NCBI GenBank assembly: GCA_004764695.1
Contig: SMSO01000035.1
Coordinates: 3,422,040 to 3,486,039, forward strand
Reading direction: 5' to 3'
Source of the DNA: Schizochytrium sp. TIO01
Taxonomy: Eukaryota; Protista; Bigyra: Labyrinthulomycetes
Length of the DNA: 64,000 bases
Below the pieces are notes generated by a model. It was not told the origin of the DNA, made no database searches, and saw nothing but the letters and a program-made list of their open reading frames with translations. The position numbers and the translations under genes are program-made. Positions 22,833-33,693 of the stretch are shown in pieces (the first letter of the stretch is position 1; each line of letters starts with the position of its first letter).

Positions 22833-24807
22833 TTACACAGGACCTTCCACGTCTGGACATTCGTCGTTTTCACATGAGATAGGCACATGCTGCGTTTTGT
22901 GAGATTCGTCAATTAATTTCTCGGATTCAAAAGAACTCTTTTCGAGACCGGCTGCAGATGGTGAATCCTGAAGAATACTCACGTCAGACTCCATGCTCTC
23001 AAGTTCAACTCGACGAGCTTCCTCCAATGCTGCCTTCCAAAGCTCCTTGTCGCAAACGATACTAACGACATCCTTGAAGAGATTCTTTCGGTAATCTGAA
23101 ATGCGAGTTGGATCAATCATATGTTCCTGAGGGTCGAAATCGCCTTTTTTGCTTTGAACAAAAGCGCTCGCAGCAACAGCAATCCAAATTCCGCAATTAT
23201 GGCTATCATTCTGCACTCGATTTTCGTAAAACAGGGGAGCATCCCAGTTGCTCAAATCTGAAAACCCTAATTTAGTAGTATACCGCTCGAGGTTTTTAAC
23301 GAGCGCAATGAATTTTTCATTACCCAAATTAACAAGAGGATTGCAGGAGTCTACAAACCAGATCCGTGATGCCTTCGTATCAATAATCGAGGCTACCCAG
23401 TGGTTTGAGTTGATCAAGTAAGGGAAGACAATTTGATCGGCTTTCAGTTTCGACTCAAGCTCTTCAGCTGCGAACCTCTCCAGCTCGTGCCCAGCCAATA
23501 GCTGCTGTACTATATCCGGACTCACGTGTTCAACTCTGTCCCTTTTCAACCGCACGTGAAGGATTGCACTGAGAGCTGAATCTGTTACATAGCCTTCACT
23601 TGCAGTATCGTACCATAAAGATTTCAAGTCTTCTACTAGGAGGACCACCTCATGGTTTCCACACATAAGAGTTCCTAGACGCTGTTTTTTGAAAGACGGG
23701 TTCTTCCATAAAAGGGCGAGATCATCGTCTGCCGTGCGCTCATGACTACGAGTCGAGTATGACGACCTATTTCTTGAAGTTTTCTTATCCGCCAAACGAA
23801 GGTCTTGGTTGGTTTGGCAAGGGCTTTCCACGCTGGCCCTTTCAGCCTCTTCGGATTTTGCGTCATAAAACTGAGGCTCCGATGGTTCTGCTTCAGCTGC
23901 CTTACTTTCTTCCAAAGGTTCGAGGTGCATTTGAAGGTTTGCTCTTTTGGCAAGATGGGATGTCTCCTTGATCGTTAGGTTCGGCTGGCGGATGTACTCT
24001 TTTTTTGGAGGGAGTCTCAGATAGCTTCATGGTATTCCGGTCTGGTAATTCTTTGTCTGTCACCGTGCTAGAATCAGTTTTTGGCACTGCTTTCTGACCA
24101 TCTGATCCGACCTTTTCGAGTTTTCCATACGGATGTACGTTAGAAGGGTTGATGCCTTTGTTTAATTCACCTATTGGTGCGCTGCATCCGACTCTTGAGC
24201 CTCTGCAGTTTGCTGTCTTACTGGCTATAGACTCGGAAATAGGATGTTCGTCGTTCGTACTTTTAACTTGATTCGCACAAGGTGAACTTTGGTACTCTTC
24301 ATTGGTTGCACCCGACCCTGTTGTACAGGAATGCTTAGCGGGGCTAATGCTCTCCCTTGAAGTAACGTCACATCTCCCTTGCTTACATTTCGACTGGGTG
24401 TCTTTGAATGAAGCTTTAGATGCGTTTAAATTCTTTGTAGGTTTGACTTCGCTAACTGGAGTCGGCAATGCCTCCTGCAATGCGTTTTGCAACTCTGGCT
24501 GGTGACTTAGGTAGATATTAACATTGCACTGCTCACCTGCAGACACAAAATGTTGTAGGAACTCTCCTGAGATCAAGTCGTTCTTACTAGCTGACTGATT
24601 GAAATATATATTAATTGTCGAGCGGTTGCCCACAGATACTATGGAGGTCGGTCGTTCAGAGCGGATCGAAGCTTGACTTTGCATTGAAGCATTCAGGTTC
24701 ACCGTATCTGGGGGACGACGTGATAAAGACGAAGATTCATTCGTCGGCAAAGCTGAAGAAGAAGAAGAAGAAGAAGAAGAAATCGCTGATGATCCAGGGA
24801 GTGACAT
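22833..24807 (-). CDS. Ulp1/SENP-like C48 cysteine peptidase, split into two overlapping ORFs by a 1-nt frameshift
   Basis: 3' ORF carries YVTDSAL, IVFPYLINSNHWVASIID, WFVDS and QNDSHNCGIW (His/Asp/Cys triad). The 5' ORF (23902-24807) joins it in frame if one base of the T7 run at 24000-24006 is removed. Confidence 0.75.
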
Positions 24808-26001
24808 TTGCTAGGTTTTTGTAGTGGTACGGGCAACAAACAACACAGTTGCAGCTAATAGAAAACTGGCAATACTCAGGGTATTCCTGCCTTCTGCTAT
24901 ATCACCAAGTGGTTTTGTTAACCTTGCTTTGGTGTAGATCAAACCTCCACGCACACGCGCAGCCCCCTTCAAAGTGTGAGAGACGCAGAGCAACCTAGCT
25001 TGCCAAGACTGAAGCCGACTGAACGCTGGTACTAGTAGTTAGTCTCAAGAAATGTTTCTGCACGAGCTCCTAATCCTTACAAGTAAGAGGTGCCAAGCTG
25101 TGGCTCAGCCCACGAGAGATGGTGTGTTCCTTCAATGCAAACCAAGTGGGTCGAGCACTAAAGCACTAAAGCGATCGCAAGCACTTCCGGGACAAGTGTC
25201 TGTGTTGTCTTTATTGTGGATGGAACGCCAAGCAGCACCAGACTTATTACCAGGGTAAATAATGAAAACAATAAGACCTAAAAGTAAATAAAGAAAATAC
25301 TATGAGAGCGGCACGCTCTCAAGAAGACTGACTAATTAATTCATTGACTTCAAGTGATACATGGATGCACGCATGCGCGAAGCGGGGAGCAAAGTACATC
25401 TATGAACTAATATTAGATTGCTTATGAATGCAAAACATGTGAAATTATAACCCTGAACAACGAGTTTTTATCAAGAACTTGGGCGTATAGCTAGTTTACC
25501 TTAAAAAGCAAAAATGATATGTGGTACAATAAAGTAGGGAAACTTTGTAATAACCATTTGCCTTTTCTAGTTCTTGAATCTAGTTGATGGTGAGCATGCT
25601 AGACCGGTGTAAACATTAGCTGGAGATTCTGGCTCTTATTATAGCTGGGCCATTCGAAATTATTATGAAGTTAAAACAAATGGTAGGAGCTTGATTTTAT
25701 GAAAGGAAATATTTTAAGAGCATTAATAACCTGGCCTTGCTGATTGAGCCACGGGTTAGCGCTACTAAAAATCCTAGTATATTATCGTTATGTGGATACT
25801 TTCAGGCCTCTGGTGCTTTTATTTATGAAACTGATTTTTTAAGACAAGGTTCGAAGAATTTCTAGGAGAAGCTTGTAAAGAAGAGAAAATAGTATTGAAC
25901 GAAGATCTGTGGAAAGAATATAACATTTTTGGTTAGTTTGGTTTAGTTTCACCTCTTCAATCTACTGTTGTCGCTAACTGGCTGATTCAAGTATGTCATT
26001 C

Positions 26002-27336
26002 CTAGGGCGTCTTCTTCATTTTCCTTGGGCCAACTACAGTGTTTGCTTTCAAGAGCTCTGCAGGCTTGATAGGAGTAAAACTACCGGTACGACGGAGCTC
26101 CTCACGGAAGTATTCAATGGTACGCTGCAAGCCAGTACGAACGTGTACAACGGGCTCCCAGCCCAGCACACGCTTAGCCAATGAAATATCAGGCTTTCGT
26201 CTTGACGGGTCGTCTTTGGTGGCGGGAAGATTGATAATCTTACTGGAGCTTCCAGTCATCTCAACAATCATCTCAGCAAATTGCTTAATTGTGTATTCAT
26301 CAGGGTTGCCAATGTTGACAGGGCCATCGTAATCAGAATTCATGAGTTTGATGAGACCACTGACAAGATCATCGACGTATTGAAAGGAACGTGTCTGCTT
26401 GCCAGAGCCATAAATGGTAATGTCCTTTCCTTGAAGGGCCTGGATGATAAAGTTCGACACAACGCGGCCGTCATCAGGGTGCATTGCAGGGCCAAAGGTA
26501 TTGAAGATGCGAGCCACACGCACATCGACGCCATCTTGCTTATTGTAGGCATACATCATAGTCTCGGCAACACGCTTGCCCTCATCATAACACGCACGCG
26601 GACCTGTGATACTGACGCGACCATGGTACTCCTCATTTTGTGGATGGATTTCAGGATCACCATAAACCTCACTAGTAGACGCAAGCAACACCCTCGCTTT
26701 CGTTCTCTTAGCTAGACCCAACATGTTCAGGGTACCCTCTACAGAGGTCTTAATGGTCTTCACAGGGTTGTATTGATAATGAGGCGGGGATGCAGGGCAA
26801 GCAAGGTTGTAAATCTGGTCAACTTCGATCATGTAAGGGTTGACAACATCGTGATGGATGAGCTCGAAGTTGGGATGGCCAATCCACATTTCAACATTCT
26901 CCTTGCGACCAGTGAAAAAGTTATCCAAGGCATAGACGATATGGCCTTGACGCATGAGTCGATCCACCAGGTGGGAACCCACAAATCCGGCGCCTCCAGT
27001 TACAAGGATGCGCTTCTGCTGCGTGGTGAGTAGAGTTTCCACAGGGGGAAACTGTTTGACAACTCCTGGTTGGGCGTTCATTTGCGAGACGACCTTCTTC
27101 ACCTCGGCGTCAACAAGTGAACGAACATGTTCTTCGAGTGCAGTGTTGCTAGCCACCTCCTTGGCCAGGTTGGAGGCACTCTGACCAAGGTCAGCGCCAG
27201 GTCCAAACCACAAAAGCAAGAACATGCAGGCCAGCATGCCGATCGAGACTTGCGCCCATCCAGGAACACCACCCATTCTCGCAGCAGCGCCAGATCCAAG
27301 CCGCAACCTTTGTCTTCCTGTGGTTGGCAAGACCAT
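26002..27336 (-). CDS. UXS1: UDP-glucuronate decarboxylase (UDP-xylose synthase), membrane-anchored
   Basis: [65 protein letters not shown]; N-terminal TM. Confidence 0.96.
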   Translation of the reverse strand: MVLPTTGRQRLRLGSGAAARMGGVPGWAQVSIGMLACMFLLLWFGPGADLGQSASNLAKEVASNTALEEHVRSLVDAEVKKVVSQMNAQPGVVKQFPPVETLLTTQQKRILVTGGAGFVGSHLVDRLMRQGHIVYALDNFFTGRKENVEMWIGHPNFELIHHDVVNPYMIEVDQIYNLACPASPPHYQYNPVKTIKTSVEGTLNMLGLAKRTKARVLLASTSEVYGDPEIHPQNEEYHGRVSITGPRACYDEGKRVAETMMYAYNKQDGVDVRVARIFNTFGPAMHPDDGRVVSNFIIQALQGKDITIYGSGKQTRSFQYVDDLVSGLIKLMNSDYDGPVNIGNPDEYTIKQFAEMIVEMTGSSSKIINLPATKDDPSRRKPDISLAKRVLGWEPVVHVRTGLQRTIEYFREELRRTGSFTPIKPAELLKANTVVGPRKMKKTP

Positions 27337-28845
27337 TACTGCGTAGCAAGGCTACAATTTGTATTATGCAGTGAGATGGACGATAATCTTTCTTTTCTCG
27401 AGTTTAGCTCGACAAAATGCAAGTTTGGAGCTTAAGGAAGCGCTAAGCGCACTCGCTTGAGCGCAGCAAGTTCGGTATTTCCTGTGGAGCCGGCAAGCCA
27501 AACCTGGCAGATCTTGGATCCAGGTGGCTGGCTAGAAGAGCGCCTTATTTGGTGCACACCAAATTTTTTCGCAGCCTTCAGGAGCGCCTACCCAACCTTC
27601 AATGGGTCCTCTCGTCCACACACACTTCCCGGCACAGCCCTTTCGCTGCCCGTGAACTCTAGGTTTTGATCATCGCTTGCTTGCTACAAGCGTTCTTCAT
27701 CTCCTACGGTGCTTAGAACACCTGGAACTCACTAGAACATCTAGAACTTATGAATCATGTACCACATCTAGAACACCTGGACCTCCTCCGCGCTGGGCTC
27801 TCACCCTACTATTTACACTAACCATTCTGCTAGTTCCGCCGGTTCCGTGGCTCGGGCAGGTTCCTGCAGAACAAATTAAGAACGATCCAGGAACTCAGGG
27901 AACGTTCCGAATGTGCGGGAGAATCGAAGGTGCCTGAGTAAGTAAGGAAAGGAAAGGCCTCATTTCGAGACGACCACTCGCGACTAATTCGATCCGGTGA
28001 ATGCACGGAGGCCGAAGAGAGACGGGGGGATAGAGAGTGAGGTGCGGAAGAAGGGAGGCGTCCCATGGCTTTGTGCACATCGGTTGGGACCTGGAGATCC
28101 ATTTGCAAGAGCAGAGAACCTCGCTCACGCTTTGGTCGGCTTCTGACGGGCGCATTCTTGAAGCGCCGAGGCTCGCTCGTGTCACTCTCTCTCCTGCTTA
28201 TAACGCAAAAACCGTTCTTTTGGTTGCAGTATTAACCTGTGAAGCCGCTGGCTCATATGGAACAACACGTACTAATTATAGTGTGTAGACAAGAACTGTA
28301 ATGGAATTTGAGATTGTTATACGGCGAGAGTAAGCAGCGCAGAAACGATCGGCGCGGGGTCCTATACATCGCTTAGGTAGTCCTATGGAGCGAGAGGGCA
28401 ATGGGAAAATAAGGAAATAAATAAATTCTGGAGAAAAAGAGAGAGAGAGAGAGAGAGTCAAAATTTAGTGAACGGATGAGGAAACGAACGATGAACGATC
28501 GTTGAAGGGAGCAAGGAAATGAAGGCCGGCGCTGGAAATACGGGGGGTCGAAGCTTGCAGAGCGCTGTATAGTTGATCCGCAGTAGGATCTCCAAAGACT
28601 GCTTCAATGATGCGATGATGATGATGATGGGAGATCGATAAAATGCGTGTTTTAGAAGGCAATGACCTTTTTTTTATTTTTTTTTTAAAAATAATAATTG
28701 AAATTAAGTCATTTCGGAGGAAGTGAATGCAATGTTATTCATGGCATTCAATACGAATTGAAAAGGGAAAACAGTGTTTCTAAATCAAACACATCTCGTT
28801 CACTTATCTTCTTGAGACTCGAAGTTATTCAAGTCACTATAAACT

Positions 28846-29013
28846 TGCAAAGTTATAAAGTTAATGCAAAGTTATAAAGTTATTGCAAAGTTTTAAGTTA
28901 TTGCAAAGTTATAAAGTTAATGCAAAGTTATAAAGTTATTGCAAAGTTTTAAGTTATTGCAAAGTCATAAAGTTATTGCAAAGTTATAAAGTTATTGCAA
29001 AGTTATTGTAAAG
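28846..29013. repeat. 18-19-bp minisatellite (tgcaaagttataaagttat), ~9 units
   Basis: Directly visible; the first six units form a duplicated 56-bp trimer. Confidence 0.93.
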
Positions 29014-29478
29014 ACGGCGGAAAAGGAGAATGATGGAGCAGAAGAGAACAAAACCCGAAACGAGCACGGAAGACGCCTTCTGCGACGCTGAGGCCTGCGG
29101 AGATTGGGGCAGACGGCCTCCGGGGCAGCGCCAGGTAGGCCGGGGAGTCGAGCACGGAGCCCTCTCCCGTCGTCGCGAGGGCGCGACGGCTGGCTCGGAC
29201 GGACCAGCTACCTGACTGACTGTCCGCAAAGGCTTGCTTGAAGGCTTGCTTGAGCTTGCAAAGAAAGCCTCGTTCACTCAGTACTTGAGGCAGATTTGAC
29301 GAACTCGGGCTTGCAGATTCGGCTTACGCTGGGGGGGACTCTGGCACAGCTGGGTGGAGTAAAAGTGCCTCGGGGTAGGCACATACACGTATTTTGCGGA
29401 GAGGGGCAATAGAGAGTACTTTATTGCAAGGAGAATTGTGCCGTGGTTTGTGCAAAGAGGTAGCCAAAATTAATTTGC

Positions 29479-32466
29479 TTGCTGGAGCTATCGCAGGTTT
29501 GTGGAACTGAGCGTGCTAGGGAAGCTTGCTTGAAGCTCCTGGGGAACATGAGCGAGGAGGCCCTTCGTCGGGCAGCGGCCCTGGTGGAAACTATGCGTGT
29601 AGACGATTCTGAGAAGGATGTTGTGGACCACACTTCTGGAGTTGAGGGACCAGAAATGGCTGAACGGATCGAAGAAGATACCAGAAACAGCGATGCGGAT
29701 GCCACGGAATACAATCATGACGGTGATGCCCTGAGCAGTACAAGGAAAATTACTAATGTAGCAGCAGATGTATATAAAGCGGAAACGCTAGACTCCTCAA
29801 GCGAGTCGCGTTCCAGCGACCTGGGCACGCAGCAATTATTTGCCTATCTTTATGCATCACCTTTAACGCAGCACGGTCAAGATGGCAACAGTAAAGAAAC
29901 AGAGGAAGAGGTAGAGGCCCTAAATGTGACAAAAGAGGCCGAAGATCTGTTGAACATGTTTGATGAGGAAGGTAAGGAGCTCAGGTTTCGTGTCGAGGTG
30001 GCAACTAGAGAGTCTTTGAGGCGAACTTTGCAATCTGAGAGTGCAAACTGCTCGGCAGATGTCATTCATTTTACCTGCCACGGACGTCAAGATTTTTTAG
30101 CTCTTGAAGATGGCGCTGGTCAACTCGACGAACTCAACGCTGATGACCTTAAGAATATGCTGAATCGGGATCGCATGCCGGATGTCGTCTTTGTGAGTGC
30201 ATGCTTCTCAGAGTTTATTGGGCACATTTTCGCTGAAGCTGGTGTAAAGCATGTTGTAGCTGTAGTTCGTGAGGTTGCAGACAAGGTCGGGAAGGATTTT
30301 GCTGAGAGGTTCTACAGAGAGCTTATCAACGGCCAAACTGTAAAGTGGGCTTTCGAGGCTGCCTGGATGGACATTGCTATGACCCCAAACCGTGACGCGG
30401 CCTGGGTAGAGCGTCAGCGAGGAAAATTTAAGCTTCTGCCTGAATTTGGTATGGACCATGATGTGCCAGTCTTTGATTCCGAGCGGTTTGGCCGGGTTCG
30501 CGTAGAAACCCCTTTAAAGGCTATTAAATTCTACCCTCGCAATATTGGCAGCTCAATCATCGGCCGGGGAATTGTGGTACAACGTATTGTGCAGGCAATC
30601 GCCCCTCGTGAACTCTGTAAAGCTAATCAAAACCGTCCTCGTTGGATCACAGTTTGCGGTACTGAGGGAATAGGCAAATCTGTGTGTACAATCCTTGCTT
30701 GTAACTATGTCAGTCAGCGGAGGCACTGTAAGGCTATTTATTATATCCATCTTGCTGATCCCAACAATGCGGGGGTATCGCATGGAATCCAAGGCGCTCG
30801 TGCTGCACTTCTTAAAGCTTTTCGTTCTAATTCCATGAATCGAAGTGACCTTAGCACAGCATCATCTGAGGCGGATTTATTCAAGGGACTGAATGAACTC
30901 ACCAAAGACTATGCAGCTTACCCTGGCGACTTGATTGTTGTTCTAGACGGCTGCACGCAATGGGCACGTTGGTCTTCTGTTGCACAACCTGCTTTGGAGT
31001 CTTTCATAAAAGACTTACTCGCAGCTTGTCCTGAGGTTACGGTTTTATGTACAAGTGGTACTGCCATTTCCCCCTCTTGTGCTAGTGTTTGGAGCACTGA
31101 AGCACATGATGAATATGGCTTACCAAGAGAACATACATTAGAGGTCTTGGGGCTGTCGACACGTTACGCAGCACAGCTTCTTCTGCAGAGAACTCAGCGT
31201 CAAATTAAGGGAATCGAACTAGGCGATAGTTTATTTGATAAAAAGACGCTTAAACAAAAGTGCGAAGAGGTACTAGCACATCACCCTGTCATTCACCAGT
31301 GCCGCGGCCACCCATTAGTGATTGGAGCTGTCGCCGAAAAATTGAATCGCTGTAGGTTCAATGACAGTGATGTCGAGGAAACAGCGCGAAGCACCGCGAG
31401 ACGATTTTTCTCCTCTGCTGAGACATCATCTGGTTCAATTGCTAGAACGCATAATATCAATGATCGTTATGGGTCAAATTCAACTCATATGCAAGAGTCA
31501 CTTCATGTTAAGCCTGGTCCTGCTGCACCTGGTCGTCGCGTGCCTCCAGATATTGACCAGAGCCAACAACCACAGCATCATAATCACCAGCACATTCCTT
31601 CCCATCATATTGATCAGCAGAATCAACACCCACACGCACCTTCATCGAACGGGCTCGGGGTGCATGCAAATAATGTAAATCCTCCTTCTAACTTTAGTTC
31701 ATTCTCCAGGTCTCGCGGCAGTGGTCAACAACTCCATGCCAATGGAAGCAATGGTATGCTCGATATGAAGAAGAGGCATGATTCGAGAACAACCATCCCG
31801 TCTTCATATTCTGGCTCTTGTTCGTCAGGTCTTATTGAAGATGATTGGGTGCCGGGGTTCGTTGATGCTGCTTGCACTGAAATCGAAGCTCTTCCAGATG
31901 GGCGAGCCATGGATATGCAATGGGATGCAGTTCTGCAAAGCACCAGATCAGCACTTCACGATATTTTTGATAAGAACCCACAAATGCGGCGCTCTCTTTC
32001 TCAAGACGATTTGTACCGCATGCGTTCGGTCTATGACCGATGCTATAGTACACAAGGCCATATCTCAACTAGAAGAGTTGTCGAGTCCTTCGCAAAATGG
32101 CTTTGTTCTACAGTGAAAACATTACTTGAGAATGCTGAATACTGGAATCACAATATCATTTACGGACTTGTTGCCAAGGAAAAAGTCAACGAGATGCTGC
32201 TTTCCAAGAGCCCGGGAACTTTCATGATTCGTGTCAGTGAATCTGTTCCTGGTAGTCTTGCTGTTGCATATCATATCCACCCTCATGGCTCACCACCTCG
32301 TGTCGTCCACTCTTTAGTTGCAATGGAAAATGGTGGGAAGGTATCACTGGAATTTCGCAATGGACGTAAACACTTCGATTCTCTTCGAGGCTTCTTGATG
32401 GCTCATGCGATTTTTGCAAAGCTCTATCCTGAACAGGATAAACAAACTGTCTTACAAGCCTTGTGA
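29479..32466 (+). CDS. CHAT (caspase-like) protease + STAND/NB-ARC-like NTPase + STAT-like linker-SH2 protein
   Basis: CHAT: VIHFTCHG and VFVSACFS. NTPase: GTEGIGKS, IVVLDG, CRGHPLVI. SH2: IYGLVAKEKVNEMLLSKSPGTFMIRVSESVPGSLAVAY. The start is uncertain: ATG 29548, or a first exon at 29030-29134. Confidence 0.85.
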   Translation: MLELSQVCGTERAREACLKLLGNMSEEALRRAAALVETMRVDDSEKDVVDHTSGVEGPEMAERIEEDTRNSDADATEYNHDGDALSSTRKITNVAADVYKAETLDSSSESRSSDLGTQQLFAYLYASPLTQHGQDGNSKETEEEVEALNVTKEAEDLLNMFDEEGKELRFRVEVATRESLRRTLQSESANCSADVIHFTCHGRQDFLALEDGAGQLDELNADDLKNMLNRDRMPDVVFVSACFSEFIGHIFAEAGVKHVVAVVREVADKVGKDFAERFYRELINGQTVKWAFEAAWMDIAMTPNRDAAWVERQRGKFKLLPEFGMDHDVPVFDSERFGRVRVETPLKAIKFYPRNIGSSIIGRGIVVQRIVQAIAPRELCKANQNRPRWITVCGTEGIGKSVCTILACNYVSQRRHCKAIYYIHLADPNNAGVSHGIQGARAALLKAFRSNSMNRSDLSTASSEADLFKGLNELTKDYAAYPGDLIVVLDGCTQWARWSSVAQPALESFIKDLLAACPEVTVLCTSGTAISPSCASVWSTEAHDEYGLPREHTLEVLGLSTRYAAQLLLQRTQRQIKGIELGDSLFDKKTLKQKCEEVLAHHPVIHQCRGHPLVIGAVAEKLNRCRFNDSDVEETARSTARRFFSSAETSSGSIARTHNINDRYGSNSTHMQESLHVKPGPAAPGRRVPPDIDQSQQPQHHNHQHIPSHHIDQQNQHPHAPSSNGLGVHANNVNPPSNFSSFSRSRGSGQQLHANGSNGMLDMKKRHDSRTTIPSSYSGSCSSGLIEDDWVPGFVDAACTEIEALPDGRAMDMQWDAVLQSTRSALHDIFDKNPQMRRSLSQDDLYRMRSVYDRCYSTQGHISTRRVVESFAKWLCSTVKTLLENAEYWNHNIIYGLVAKEKVNEMLLSKSPGTFMIRVSESVPGSLAVAYHIHPHGSPPRVVHSLVAMENGGKVSLEFRNGRKHFDSLRGFLMAHAIFAKLYPEQDKQTVLQAL

Positions 32467-33693
32467 GGAGGATGTGTAGCTTGAGGTTGCAACGGTGGGC
32501 AAACCCTGACTGATTATTATAGGTCAGGAATGTATATTCTAATCGATGGCCGGGTTTAGCAGTCGAAATTGTACGTTTGTTTTAATTTTCGTTGTGCAAA
32601 CACCAAAGTGAGATAAATGTCTGTGTAGTTTTAAAAGAGAAGTTGAGGAGATACAAAGAGAAATACAGGTAAGCAAGCATATGGAATATCTTGCTCAGGT
32701 ACCAAATCAGCTTTGGTTGATCATCAAGAGAATAGAAACCCTATGTTTCTCTTTCAGACAAATAAATCTAATTCCGAGGTCTTGCCCCCTCTCTCACTGT
32801 TTCAGCCATGTTTTTTGTTTTTTTTTCAACACGGTTACAAGTGAATGAGTCTATTAGTGTGCCCTCTTTGTTTTTCGCCCGATGGTTAGTTCAGGTTTAA
32901 ATTTAGGATCCTTACAAATATAACAGCCCAACACAGTACAAACCACATTTATTTTCTGTGAGATAGGAAGATATCATTTCGTCCGTCTACAAGTTCACTT
33001 TTCCTTTTGTTTCAAAATCTGCTCTACATTTGCCATCCATGCTCTTTTAAACTCAAGTTGACGTTTTTGCCTAGGAAAACGGGACATATTCGCTTAACTG
33101 TAGTTTCCCATGTTAAACATGGCTTTTATTTTTCTAATGTGAATTATCATATCTTATTGGTCCTTTTAAATCAATCTTCTCACATTTTCACTTTCCTTTA
33201 TTGAGTCAAGCAGCGCATAGAGAGAATGGTTTTCTTATGGATCATAAGTATATATATAGCTTAACTGAACCACTATGATAAAGATGGCATGCAAATCCGA
33301 AGTTGATTGTGGCAACCATTGAACTTGAAATATATACAATTATGCGTTGCATTGGAGAGATAGGAGAGTTGAATTTTCGTAAGGACCAACCAATTTTGCT
33401 TATGCTTTCGATTCTGCTTTCGAGAGAAAAATGAGAGAATTACTATTACCTAGCTTTAAAGCTATGAAGTTTGATAGGCTTTGTTTGTTTAAGACATATA
33501 GAATATTTGAGTGCTTTTATTTTAAAGAGGGGAAATGGGACGCGCATCCTTTTCTTCTTTGGACCATCCTGGTTTACATTGCTAGCAACGGGCCTCATTT
33601 GGTATTTGCTGTGATGTGCTGTCGTGTGCCGAGGTAGCACCAACACTAGAATTTATTTAATTTGGGACAGAAACCATCAACAATACTAGCTGC

